Shown here: piece after piece, positions 38,565-50,004 of the stretch
Layout of the letters: each line of letters starts with the position of its first letter
Position numbering within the stretch: position 1 is the first letter of the stretch
Source: Octopus vulgaris
Taxonomy: Eukaryota
Length of the DNA stretch: 64,000 bases
Direction of reading: 5' to 3'
NCBI GenBank assembly: GCA_951406725.2
Contig: OX597814.1
Span: forward strand, 135,656,001 to 135,720,000
Program-made: the position numbers and the translations under genes
Notes under the pieces: generated by a model
Database searches by the model: none
The model's input: the letters and a program-made list of their open reading frames with translations, nothing else
What the model was told of the DNA's origin: nothing

Positions 38565-40279
38565 AAGAACAGACTGGAGTTACCTCATTACAAGAGTGCA
38601 TTAAATTTAGTGTCGACAAAAATCGAACGGACTTGTTGACTAACCCAATATGATTTTTAATATGGAGCAAAACAGTTTTCAGTGATTACAAATATAAAAA
38701 GAGTAGCGAAAGAAAATACTAGATTCAGTTCCGATTCGTACATAAGTATATCTCACATCACAGAAAGACGAAAGGAAGGAAAGCATGAACCCCGGAAGCT
38801 TGAAAAGCAAAGTTGAACTCGACAAGATTTGAATCCAGAAAATAAAAGACCATGACTAAATCCACAAAGTAGTTTATCAGATGCTCTAATGATCCTGCCA
38901 GTCCACTGCGATAATAGTAACAACGTAAAAAGTGGGAACTGGAAATTTGGATCCCTTTTAGATGATTAGTTAGTCATGGGGGTATCAGTACAACTTTTAC
39001 GAATTTAAACCTGTTATTCTAAACCGCCAATTCTCTTTACCTGAAAAGGGATTTTGTAGCGAAGCAGGATTTGTTTAAAGCTCACTATTATTGCTTGCAA
39101 ACACGACTGCAACTGATCTTATTTGCGTAGATGATGTACAAACGCTGAAAATACTATAGTTTTAGCAATTCCTGTTAAACTGTAATATAGCCATAGCCTT
39201 TCAATTATTGCTCAGTTGTTCACTGGCTTAGGATATATTAATGTCTAAGAGTTCGTTCAAGTAATAAAGAAAAGAAATATACATTTAGACAATTAATTGA
39301 GGTACAAACACCGATTTCCTGACATCGATGGTCCGGGACATCTTAATCTGCACTAATTTACACTAATGTACATATAACTGTTTGTCATTTAATTAAGTAA
39401 ATTTAGTATTTGCTAGTGTTGACCAAGGTGGCCGCCCCTGGTTCAGAAAAAAAAAAAATCAATAATTCAGAAAAATGTTGGAACCAAAGGTCCGAAAAAT
39501 TGATGTCGTGTCTGTAATAGCGAAATCTTCTTCGAATCACACCATACCATCTTATAAGGGAAATGATACAATGAACAATATAGTCAGAGATACACTAGGA
39601 CTGAATAAAAGACGTGATAGACATTAGTGACTTGTCTCTAATCACTGGTCCGGACAGCTCGATGATTGGGAGTGATAAGCTAAATGACCACATAGAGTGG
39701 AAAATACGATTAATTCATTAAAAAGACAATTTTTCATTTTTATACGCAAAACAAACTGTCAAAACATCTTTCCTTCCGAAGAACCCCCACCCCACCCCAA
39801 AAGTCACTAAGCTGCTCAACAAATCTATTGTAATGCTTACCTATTAGTTGAAAAAGGAATGGAATCATAGCTTTGAATATTTCGAGGTGAAACTAACAGC
39901 AATCACTTGAAACCCCAAAATGGCGGGCAACATGACTTCTATTTAAAAAAAAACAAAAAAACTAGCTTTTATTATGCAAATAATAGTGAAGAATGTTAAA
40001 ACTGAAGATAATCTTCCAGCAAACTGAAGTCTATGATAAGGTTTCGAATCTGCTAGAATCTCTTCAGTTTATTTTTTATACCTCAAATATTTGTAAATGC
40101 CGTGTTACGAAATTCATGATTTTACAAACGATATTAAGCTTCCTCCGATTAAGGATCGAAACTAGGAGAAATCAAGTTCAACTGTGAAATGAATTCCTCT
40201 TCAAGCTGAATAACTCTATCATTCTAAATTAGCAGTTCTCAAACAGGCATATATCATGCCATCCCTCCCAAATACTTTG

Positions 40280-41320
40280 GTTTCACATTTTGGCACAAGG
40301 CCAGCAATTTCGGGGGAGCGGTAAGTCGATTACATCGATCCCAGTGTTGAATTGGTACTTGTTTATCGACCCCGAAGGGATGAAAGGCAAAGTCGACCTC
40401 GGTGGAAGTTGAACTCAGAACGTACTGACGGACAAAATACCTATTTCTTTACTACCCACAAGGGGCTAAACACAGAGAGGACAGACAAACAGATTAAGTC
40501 GATTATATCGACCCCAGTGCGTAACTGGTACTTAATTTATCTACCCCGAAAGGATGAAAGGCAAAGTCGACCTCGGCGGAATTTGAACTCAGAACGTAAC
40601 GGCAAGCGAAATACCGTTTAAGCATTTCGCCCGGCGTGCTAACGTTTCTGCCAGCTCGCCGCCCAATCGCTCCAAAATATATTAGTGAAATTTTTATTCC
40701 CTGTCCTCTTTATAAATATTTTTTTGATTTATGTACCAGGCCAACAATTTCGATGGGTTGCTATTAGTCATACCAACGAGCCCACTACTTGGCGGGTACT
40801 TTATTTTAGCGATCCCGAAAGGGTAAAAGGCAAAATCGACCTCGATGTAATTTGAACTCAGAATGTAAAGAGCCGGAACAAGTATCGCAAAGCATTTTAC
40901 CTGACGCCCTATTCTGCCAGCTCGCCACCTTTTTAATAATTATTTCTGATTTCTGCACAAGGCCGGGAATTTCTGAGGGAAGTAAATTTTTAGTTGAAGC
41001 CATTGGCTCCAGTATTTGACTGGTACTTTATTTTATCGACCCCGAAAGGATGAAAGACAAAGTTGACATCGGCCAGATGTGAATGTAGATCGGAAAGAAC
41101 CAGAAGAAACGCCGTCAACATTTTTTCCAACGCTCCAAAGATTCTGCCAGCACGCCACCTCTCTTCTCTTAAAAAGAAATCTTGGCGGCATTTCGTCCGT
41201 CTTTACGTTCTGAGTTCAAATTCTGCCGAGATCAACTTTGCCTTTCATCCTTTCGGAGTCGATAAAACAAGTACCAACTGAGCACTGTAGTCGATGTAAT
41301 CGGTTTATTCCCTCCCCCGA
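40280..41320. mobile_element. Cluster of about five SINE-A copies (nested/tandem, both strands)
   Basis: Repeated atcgaccccgaaaggatgaaaggcaaagtcgacctc cores at ~40370, 40545, 40815, 41040 and a + strand copy at 41184-41320. Confidence 0.85.
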
Positions 41321-41329
41321 ATGTGTACA

Positions 41330-44170
41330 TTCGAGAGGATCTCACGCTCCAAGTCCTGCTGTCATATTCAAATTCAGTATGTGACACTCAAATCGTACAC
41401 ATATGACAATTTGATATTGTTATATGTATTACATATCGCCCACCAAATGCTCGAAATCACACAGGAAAGTTTGAAGACTGTCACAAAGATAAGAAAAGTT
41501 CTCACCAAACTGGAGCAACACAACAGTGTATTCCTCTTGAGTAACTTCAACTTCCCCAATGTAAGATGACCCAAGGGACTAATGCTCTCAGGAATGACAC
41601 ACTTCCAACAAGCACAGGTGGAGTACCTGCTCAGCCTTACCAATGCTTCATTCATAGAGCAAATTGCGCTCCAACCAACCAGGGCGAATAATATACTGGA
41701 TATCTGCTTCACAAACAATATGGACTTCATCCATAATGTAAAAGTGACACCGACACTAGTCTCAGATAACAGTATAATAAAACAGTCTGTGTATGGATCA
41801 AAAGCTTCTACAGACGTACGAAGAACTCAAAACCTCTTCAAACTGAACTTTTATAAAGCTAACTGGAAGTTGATTAAGAAAGAGATCCTCAAACAGGATT
41901 GGCCTAAATGTCTCACCATACCAGACATTGACATGAAACTCAAACATTTCATGTCCGTAATGCAAGCCATATGTGACAAATCTGTTCCAGAGCACAAAGT
42001 CAACACACGCAACAACAAGATCCCTATAGAGAGAAAATTCATATAAGACGACGGGCAAAGATTGCAAACCGCCTAAACAAACATCTCAAAAGTAGTGAAA
42101 AGTCTCGTCTGAAAAGAATGCTGTTGGAGATTGAGAAAAGTTTGCATCAATCCCATGAAAAGGAGAGAGCAGACACGGAGGCCTGGGTTATAGAAAATAT
42201 TAAGTCAAACCCTAATGGCCTCAGTGCACTACAAGGTAGGACCCTCTTCCAAAAGGAAACCCAGTGAGGATAAGGGAAATACTGAATGACCAGTTCAAAA
42301 GTATGTTCGCTACACCTTTGGGACACAGGCAAGTGAACAAACCGGTAGATTTCTTTGCCAATTCACCTGTAACCAAAGAGGTGATAATAATTAATTTCAC
42401 CCACATTAAAGAAGATGTAATATTGGCTATAGATGAGGTAGGCACAAACTCAGCTGATGGCTCTGATGGATTCCCAGCAATCCTTCTCAAATCGTGCAAA
42501 TGAGCCCTTGCGAAACCACTGAAGCTTTTTTTCAGAGCTTCCTTGCAAAGGGTAAGCTCCCAGGCAGATTGAAGGAAGAAATACGCCCTATTCACAAAAA
42601 AGGAAACAGAGCAGACGCCAAAAATAATAAGCCTGTCTCTCTGACCTCAAACATTACCAAAGTCATGAAATGAATAGTCCGCAAGAAACTAATTGCTCTC
42701 CTTGAAGAGAATGACTTGCAGACAGACACTCAGCATGGTTTTCCACCAGGTAGAAGTTGCTAGATATAGCTCTTACAACACTAAAACTCAAATGTAGACG
42801 TGATATATCTCGACTTTACAAAAGCCTTTTATAAAGTCGACCATGGTATAATATGTCATCAACTGCGAGATTTTGGTATAGTCGGGTAACTTGGAGAGTG
42901 GCTACACGACGTTCTAAAAGATAGATGTCAGGCAGTGGTAGCCAATGGAGCCATCTTAAAGGAAACACAAATAGTGGTGTTCCTCTGGTCACTTTCTTAG
43001 GGCCACTGCTTTTCATAGTGGCCCTCTCAGACATGCTCTCAGCTTCTCAGATAGCCACACTTGCTAGCTATGAGATGACACAAAGTCTCTCAGGGGATAC
43101 AGAACCCTGGAAATGTGCATCTGCAACGGGAGTTGGACGCAATATACAGGTGGGTTGAGGAAAATAACATATAGTTTAATGCTGGAAAATTCCAAGCTCT
43201 GCGCTAGCTGCACACAAAGCTGAACGAAACACAGACAGGATACACTGGCTCAGGAAGAATCGCAATCAGTGCGTGACCTGTGTAGCCACTCTCCAAATTT
43301 TTTCAACTATACCGATATCTCGCAGTCGGTGACATATCATACCATGGTCGACTTTATCAAAGACTTTTGCAAAGCCGAGATACATCACGTCTACATTTGA
43401 GCTGTTGAGCGGCTGTTTTAATATCCAGTCTTTGTGCTGTAAGAGCTGCGTGTCACTAATTTGGCAATAAAATGCAGACGGCTCACCAGATGGATCCTAC
43501 GAACTTTCAGAACGAGAAAACAGGAAACTATGATGGTCCTTTGGAGGATATATATCTTCAGCTGCTTAGACTACTGCTCCCGACTATGGTCACCACAGAG
43601 TATAAAATTAACGGCGGAACTCGAAGCAATCCAACGAAGCTACACAAAGAAAATCGTCTCAATATAACGTGTCAACTATAAGGAAAAGGCTGAAAAAAGT
43701 TAAGACTTTATTTCCTTGAAAGAAGGCAGGAAAGATATGCAGTGATATACATCTGGAAGATCCTGGAAGGAATTTACCATACTTTGACATTGAAAGATAC
43801 ACAAACAACAGAACAGGGTGCCGCTTCATAGTACCAGGGTTCTTAACATTGCTATCAAAATACAGGACTAGATACTTAAACAGCTTGAGTTTCAAGGGCC
43901 CACAGCTCTTCAGAATCTTTCCAAAATACCTGAGAGACCTGCATGATGTGGATATAGTTGTCTTGAAAACAAACTGGATCTTCTCTTGTCAAGAGTTCCG
44001 GATAAGCCTACCTTAGGGCATGAAATACAGATGAGGGCAACAGCATCAAACTCCCTCATTCACTAAATTCCACATATCAAAGGAGGTTTCAAATAATGAA
44101 GGCATAGCAAAGCCAATGGTTGTGCCCCAGCATGACCATAGCTTTCGAACTGAAACTGGTTAAAGAGTCA
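41330..44170 (+). pseudogene. CR1-like LINE, 5'-truncated ORF2 (endonuclease + RT) through the 3' tail; many stops and frameshifts
   Basis: SNFNFPNV, QPTRANNILDICFTNN, SADGSDGFPAILLK, DVIYLDFTKAF.KVDHG, SGVP.VTFLGPLLF, WILRTFRTR, LDYCSRLWSP..ELEAIQRSYTKK. Confidence 0.9.
43280..43448 (-). other. Inverted copy of RT segment 42767-42907 inserted in the same LINE
   Basis: Reverse complement reads cagctcttacagcac...ctcaaatgtagacgtgatgtatctc...aaagtcgaccatggta...ggagagtggctacac. Confidence 0.9.
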
Positions 44171-44174
44171 TGAG

Positions 44175-44213
<39 letters not shown>

Positions 44214-44607
44214 TAAATTTATAGTGTTCACTTCCGGATTCTCTCACTCTGTGAAAGTTTCTAGTTCGAATCACACGTGTCTCGAGATGTGCTGAAGATT
44301 TTCTATTTTGGATATATTTGGGGTACTTAGGTCTGCTCAGGACTTAGTGCTTGCTTTTCCCATGGGTATGAATAAGCATTTCACTTATATCTCACGTATA
44401 TATCGCTGAGGAGGGGAAAATTCGTATGAATTAACCCCGAAATTGGGACCAATACGGTAATAACGGATTTTTTAGAAATTTCTATCGGTTTGTTTCGAGA
44501 CGCATAAATTATAATGGTTATTGACAATTTTGTCTTTTTTTTCGGCATATTTGGCATTAGAATTTTTCTTTTGCCCTTATTTTGTAAATTATGTATGTAT
44601 GTATACA

Positions 44608-44722
44608 TTAAATAATTGATAGGGAAGACAGATTGTACTGTCAGCTTTATTTAGCACCACGCTCGTTTCGTCGTGCTGAATAAAACTTACAGTACACACT
44701 GTCTTCCCTATCAACTATTTAA
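44608..44722. repeat. Palindromic hairpin (~50-bp arms)
   Basis: ttaaataattgatagggaagacag.ttgtactgt.ag.tttatttagcac / gtgctgaataaaacttacagtacacactgtcttccctatcaactatttaa. Confidence 0.85.
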
Positions 44723-44914
44723 AATATACTTAAACGCCCACCGAGGAATTCCTTAAGTAGCTCCTGTGATTGAACTGCAGTGCCGCGGATGACGCCCAGT
44801 AGCTGTACGTGGTGAACGTGCTCTCAAGGCACACTACTAGGGACATGCCCAAAACAAGGTTTGGATTCTACATTTTAAAGTGTCCTATCTAAACTTTAAT
44901 TTTAAACATGACCC

Positions 44915-44916
<2 letters not shown>

Positions 44917-45012
<96 letters not shown>

Positions 45013-45120
45013 ATATGTATGTATATATATGTATATATGTGTGTGTATACATGTGTGCGCGCGCATACACAAAACACATTCATATTATGTATGTATGTAT
45101 GTATGTATGTATGTGTATAG
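44917..45120. repeat. Long (TA)n then (TATG)n microsatellite
   Basis: Seen directly; similar tracts at 11167, 14110, 14875, 15218, 34840, 36191, 60365, 60740. Confidence 0.95.
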
Positions 45121-45396
45121 TATATACCCGTCTGACATAGCTCAGTTGTCAGATAATTTGTCACCAAGCTTTAAACTTAATAAAAAAAAAACTTCCCTCT
45201 CTCTCTCTTGATATATCAAATAATGTTTATGTCATGATTTCTGTATTACTGTATGTCTCGTGCTAGTAATAACAGCAACAACAACGACGACAATGTTTTT
45301 TTGTTGGAAAACTGGTAACAAGGACAACGAGGGAGGGGCTTGTTATATTGATAAATTTCCAACGTTATGTGAGTTATTTATTGTGTCAATAAAGCA

Positions 45397-45420
45397 ACAA
45401 CGTCACCATGGTGACGTTGT
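45397..45420. promoter_or_regulatory. Perfect 24-bp palindrome containing an RFX X-box-like core
   Basis: acaacGTCACCATGGTGACgttgt. Confidence 0.45.
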
Positions 45421-45650
45421 CGGCTGATTTACCCAGGAGTCAATGAAGTGGTAGATTAAACTTGAAAAAAAATATATAAATAAATTAATAATGGCTGGAA
45501 GAACAGAGGGGAGGAATTGGGTGAATTAGTGAGCGAATGGATTATTTATATATGTCTGTGGTGTTTAAACAGGGAATGAGTGAGTTATTGAGGCAAATAG
45601 TGAGAGATTAGTAGCGAATGGAGGTAATTAGTGAATGTGCATGAAATGCG

Positions 45651-46058
45651 TAATCTTTTCGGTTTGAACGGTAGTTTTTAACATAATTTCTAGGTAACTA
45701 AAAAATTTTAAACTTCGTATACTGGTAGAATGTGTTTATAAAACATCTTTTTCTCTTGGCTTTATTGAGAAAATTCTATAGTTTGTAAGATATTTGTTGT
45801 TTTTTCTTCAATTTCTGCAATTTCAACCAATCAGTGACGTCTATTGAGGTAAATAATATTCTGTGCCGTATGAATATGTTCCTCGTTTAAGAAACAGATT
45901 GGGTTTATTTACATTTGTGAAGTAAAAAAGATACCCTTCCCCCCACCCTAGCCCTAAAACAGATTGAAATGCAATAGATAGATACTAGGGTCATAATTAT
46001 AGGTGACAATTTCATATGATACGGCTAGAAAAAACTGCCGTTCAAACCGAAAAGATCC
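45651..46058. mobile_element. GGATC-TIR MITE copy
   Basis: Near-identical to 28979-29406; flanks gaaatgcg / gaaacgcg. Confidence 0.85.
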
Positions 46059-46310
46059 GAAACGCGTAATCTTTCTGCAACAGGCACAAGTTTTGAAAGT
46101 TTGTGGGTAATTGATTACATCGATACCTGTGCTTAACTGGTGCTTATTTCACCGACCCCGAAAAGAGAAAAGGCGAAGTCGACCTCGACGGAATTTAAAT
46201 TTATATCGTTAAGCCAGAAGAAACACTGCTAAGCATTTTGCCCAGTGGTGCTAATGAGTCTACCTGCTCGTTACCTTATGGGAGCTAACTTAATGTAGTG
46301 AACCAATAGA

Positions 46311-46745
46311 TTCTTCTTTTTCTTCTTCTTCTTCTTCCTACTAATCCTTGTAGGGTCATGGGGACGGGGGCGTGTAAAGTCCCAAAGCACCTCCTCCACA
46401 GCGTCCTATCAGAAGCAGCCGTCATTAGACTTTCCGACTAGATTCCCAGCTGTGACCAAACTGAGATTATGGACGCTCTCCAACCACCTTGTTCTAGTTC
46501 TATCCCTTGGTCTCCTGCCAGTTAGCTTGGTTCGATGAATACGTCTCGTGATTCATTCCTGAGACATTCTAATCACATGTCTGTAATACTAAAGCTGTAA
46601 CCTCACAATGCGGAGAAGTAGCGGAATGGCCTGAAAAAGACTCCCTGATATCCCGAGTTACGCATCCTGTTGAGTAACGTTACTCCAAAGATCTGTCGGA
46701 GCAACCCCATTTCGGCCACTTGTTTTAACGAACGTTCGCATTCGG
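46311..46745 (-). pseudogene. RTE LINE 3' end with (GAA)n tail
   Basis: Minus strand EMGLLRQIFGVTLLNRMRN, QL*YYRHVIRM, GRRPRDRTRTRW; (ttc)n at ~46311-46337. Confidence 0.85.
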
Positions 46746-46754
46746 TAATTAATT

Positions 46755-47260
46755 TGTAACAAGAAATGTTTTTCTATGTATTGGAAAATACTTTATTTGT
46801 TACATTAATAGGGAAAATGGTCATGCAATACAATTAATGGAAACATTCTGATGTGACACGTACAAAAAGAATTTGTTAGAAACTCAGCATTTGAGTTTAT
46901 TTTTTTACATATCAAATATATATTTAGATGCCATGGTGCGTCTTCTTCTTCCAGGTTGAATATGCAGCTGTAAAAACAGCTATTAGGAGAGTATATGCCA
47001 ACTCGATCTGGAACATTGAATTTTTGGTGCTCAGTTTGGCTGTATTTATAGGCCTCACTCACGAAGAGTTATAGTCAGACCACCGAACAGCAGCCTTTCA
47101 TTGGATAAAATCTCGGTTGTGCACATGATTGAATTGTGATTTCTTTATGGCAAAACGCGGGAGAAAATCCAATGCTATAAATTAATTAAAAGTCTAAACA
47201 CCATAGCGATGTTGCTCAGTAGGTACGCACGTGAAGCTGCGTGTGAATGATATAGCAACA
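46755..47260 (-). mobile_element. Possible solo LTR
   Basis: TGT...ACA ends; minus-strand TATA (cctataaata) and AATAAA in LTR-like order; no TSD found. Confidence 0.35.
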
Positions 47261-47522
47261 CCAAGAAAACATTTAATAGTAACTTTTTTTTCAACGCACA
47301 AGTAATATTGAGGTTGGTTATAAATTATAAGGTTTCACGACAGCTCAACACAGTTGAAGGGATAATTCGGTAGTGTTCATAAATAGTTGATTACAAAAAC
47401 TCCGTACTGAAGTTTGTCAAGACAAGAGATAATATACACAATAAATTCATTTTGGCCAACTAAATCGACCCAAGCTGAGCAGACAGTCGTAAAAACGACT
47501 ATTATAATGACAAGAAAGTGTG

Positions 47523-47741
47523 TGTAGCAGGACTGCAGGTTACCACACTCTGAAATTTGACGCTAAAAACAAGTCTTTATATAACTCTTGTAGGGAAAAG
47601 TTCCAGAAAGATCTAGATTAATCTTTCACGTGAAGCTTGGTTACTGATTGGCCAATAACTCAGCCTCTCACATGAACGAAGTTGTACTATGTCGTGAATT
47701 AAACTTCATAATTTGCCGACTCGGCTTCGGATCTTGTTACA
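47523..47741. mobile_element. Solo LTR
   Basis: tgtagca...tgttaca; flanks gtgtg / gtgag; homologous to 19080-19195. Confidence 0.6.
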
Positions 47742-47876
47742 GTGAGAAGAACCGACCAACCAACTATTATTTTAAAGACTTACTCTGGTCAATAAAGGGA
47801 GGGTAGACAACACTCAGGATTTAAAAATGGATAGCAATGGGAAGTAAGTCTGGTCTTTAGCAATATGGTGACAACT

Positions 47877-47910
47877 CTGGACATGTTTCAGTGTTATTAA
47901 CCTCTTCAGT
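47877..47910 (-). other. Degenerate minimal hammerhead-like motif of Penelope type
   Basis: Minus strand CTGAAGAG-gttaataacac-TGAAACatgtccag. Confidence 0.35.
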
Positions 47911-48149
47911 AAAGCGTAAGTTAATCGTTAGTGTTAGATCTAAAATGGATAGGAATATGTAATGGATCTGTGTGTGTGTAAATGAACGAGATTAATTCTA
48001 TGTAAATGATGTTAATAAGAAGAAAAAGAAGAAGAAAGTGATGTTGCTTCTATTCCGTCAAATCCACAACTAGTTTGAAACTGCCGCTTCGCTGTTGTAG
48101 TGAGTTTTTTTGTTGCTTTTTTTTTTTAGCTTAGGCAGATCACTGCCGT

Positions 48150-48348
48150 TTTATTCATAAGCCTCAAGCTCTGATTGGCTGGAATCTTCCAGAGCACAAC
48201 TGAACTATGCCACAGCAACAAAATAGATCCTTCCTCGCACTACGAATGTATGAGTGAAGTGAATGAGTGATTGACTGACTGAGTGAGAAAGAAGTGAAAG
48301 AGAGTGTCGTATTGTAAAGAGTTGGTTGACACCAATGTCGCTGTTTCG
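48150..48348 (+). promoter_or_regulatory. Candidate promoter and non-coding first exon of a + strand gene
   Basis: CCAAT box ctgattggctgg (~48171), CpG-retaining non-repeat sequence, donor TCG|gtatgt at 48348/48349. Confidence 0.35.
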
Positions 48349-50004
48349 GTATGTTTGTTATTTATTGGTATAAGCTGAGCAGCGTGATATACCAAAATGA
48401 TCAGACGCGCACATGATATAACGTATTTTAACTGTAAGATTTATCGACCAAGAGAACAATTGAATATTAACATCGCTTGGTTACTCCTGGTAATGCAGCG
48501 AGGTTAGAAATGGAGTTCAGTGTGACAAGTTAATATAATAGTGATTACTAATGCTGCCGGAAAGAGTTAGTTTATCATAATACAAGAAGTTCTTTATATT
48601 TTTGGCTGGAATTCAGCAAGAAAAACTTGTCGTTGCTTTTATCATACTAGGCCACGTTCTGGCTTGCATGTGGTGAATGGTGAGAATGTATGATTTCTGA
48701 TGGCGGTCTCGGGCCTCTGCTGTTATTATTGGCATGAAATTATTTTAATACTGGGAAAAGCGCGCGAACCTCAACGACATTGGAAATGTGTCCATGATAT
48801 CGCTGCGAGTTGATTGGTTAACAATCAGAATAGACCGTACGACTTGGGCATTATGTGCATGTGTCTCGGAAGTGGTAACTGAAGATTTTAGGTTCGATGC
48901 TAGATCTCGTTGCAAGAGAAAGAAGGGGAAAGATCATGAATGAGTGAGAGAAAATGGGTGTATTGTTGTTTTTAGTTCTGGGTCACTCCTTATCTAGCAA
49001 TTTGATTTATGAATACTAACACGTCTACCATCTGACTACCATCACGATGAGAAAATAAATTAAAAGGGGTAAAAGCCGCAACGCGTACAGTTCTTACCAC
49101 CGCAACCCCTTCCTCTGCAGGCTATGATGATGAGAACACTGTTAGCTTGAGTGCATCTTCCGTCTTACTCGAAATAGCAGTCAAATCTACTCTTCAACAC
49201 CGAGGAAACTCACTTCTTATCTCGAATGTGATTCCGGGATGAAATTGAACTTGAACTTCTTCAAGTTCTCTATAACGGCGAATATTTAATCTTTTCATAT
49301 CTTTTTATATATGTAGTTTCAACTAATTTCACTAAAAACATGGCAACTTTTCATGGAATTGTGGACATTTCCTCTTCAAATACTTCTAACACAGAAGCTT
49401 ATCTCCTTACTTTCAGCACTTCTGGCGAATTTTCGTCTGACAACTGAAGAGAGAATTCGGCCACTGAAAAACAACGCGCCGTGGCACTTGCCTCATTATT
49501 TTGCGAGGTCAACTGATATGGCGGAAGCATTTCAACAAATTGCTCATTCAACGCGTTCAGCGATGTTCTTTTACATAAGCTGCTTAGATGCGGGAAATCA
49601 GCAGGTAAGAAGCTTGCTTCCCAACCATATGGTTCCGGGTTCAGTCCCACTGCGTGGGACCTTGGGCAAATGTCTTCTGCTATAACCTCAGGCCAACCAA
49701 AGCCTGTGTGGATTTGGTAGACGGAAACTTCATTTTGGCATAGTGTAGATTCGAATCTGAATAGGCAAATTTCTCCTAACATTTCAACAGCATTTTTCTC
49801 ACAGAAAAACGATAATTGATTAGAGTTACATTCAACACATGGCTTCGCCAAGTCAATTTATATATTTTCCATTTGACTTTTAACCTCCTGTATGTCACGG
49901 AAAGTTGAAATTAGATAAGGAGTGACCTACATTAATTTACCCAATGTTTTCAACGATACATCTCTTTTCCAAGTTAGCCTGCATAGTTATAATTACTAGA
50001 ATTC

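Noticed and set aside
44880-45211. Overlapping YIYIYI/MYVC ORFs (also at 12793, 14262, 15067, 16844, 34711, 60125, 60737)
   Set aside because: Stop-free translations of (TA)n, (CA)n and (GA)n microsatellites
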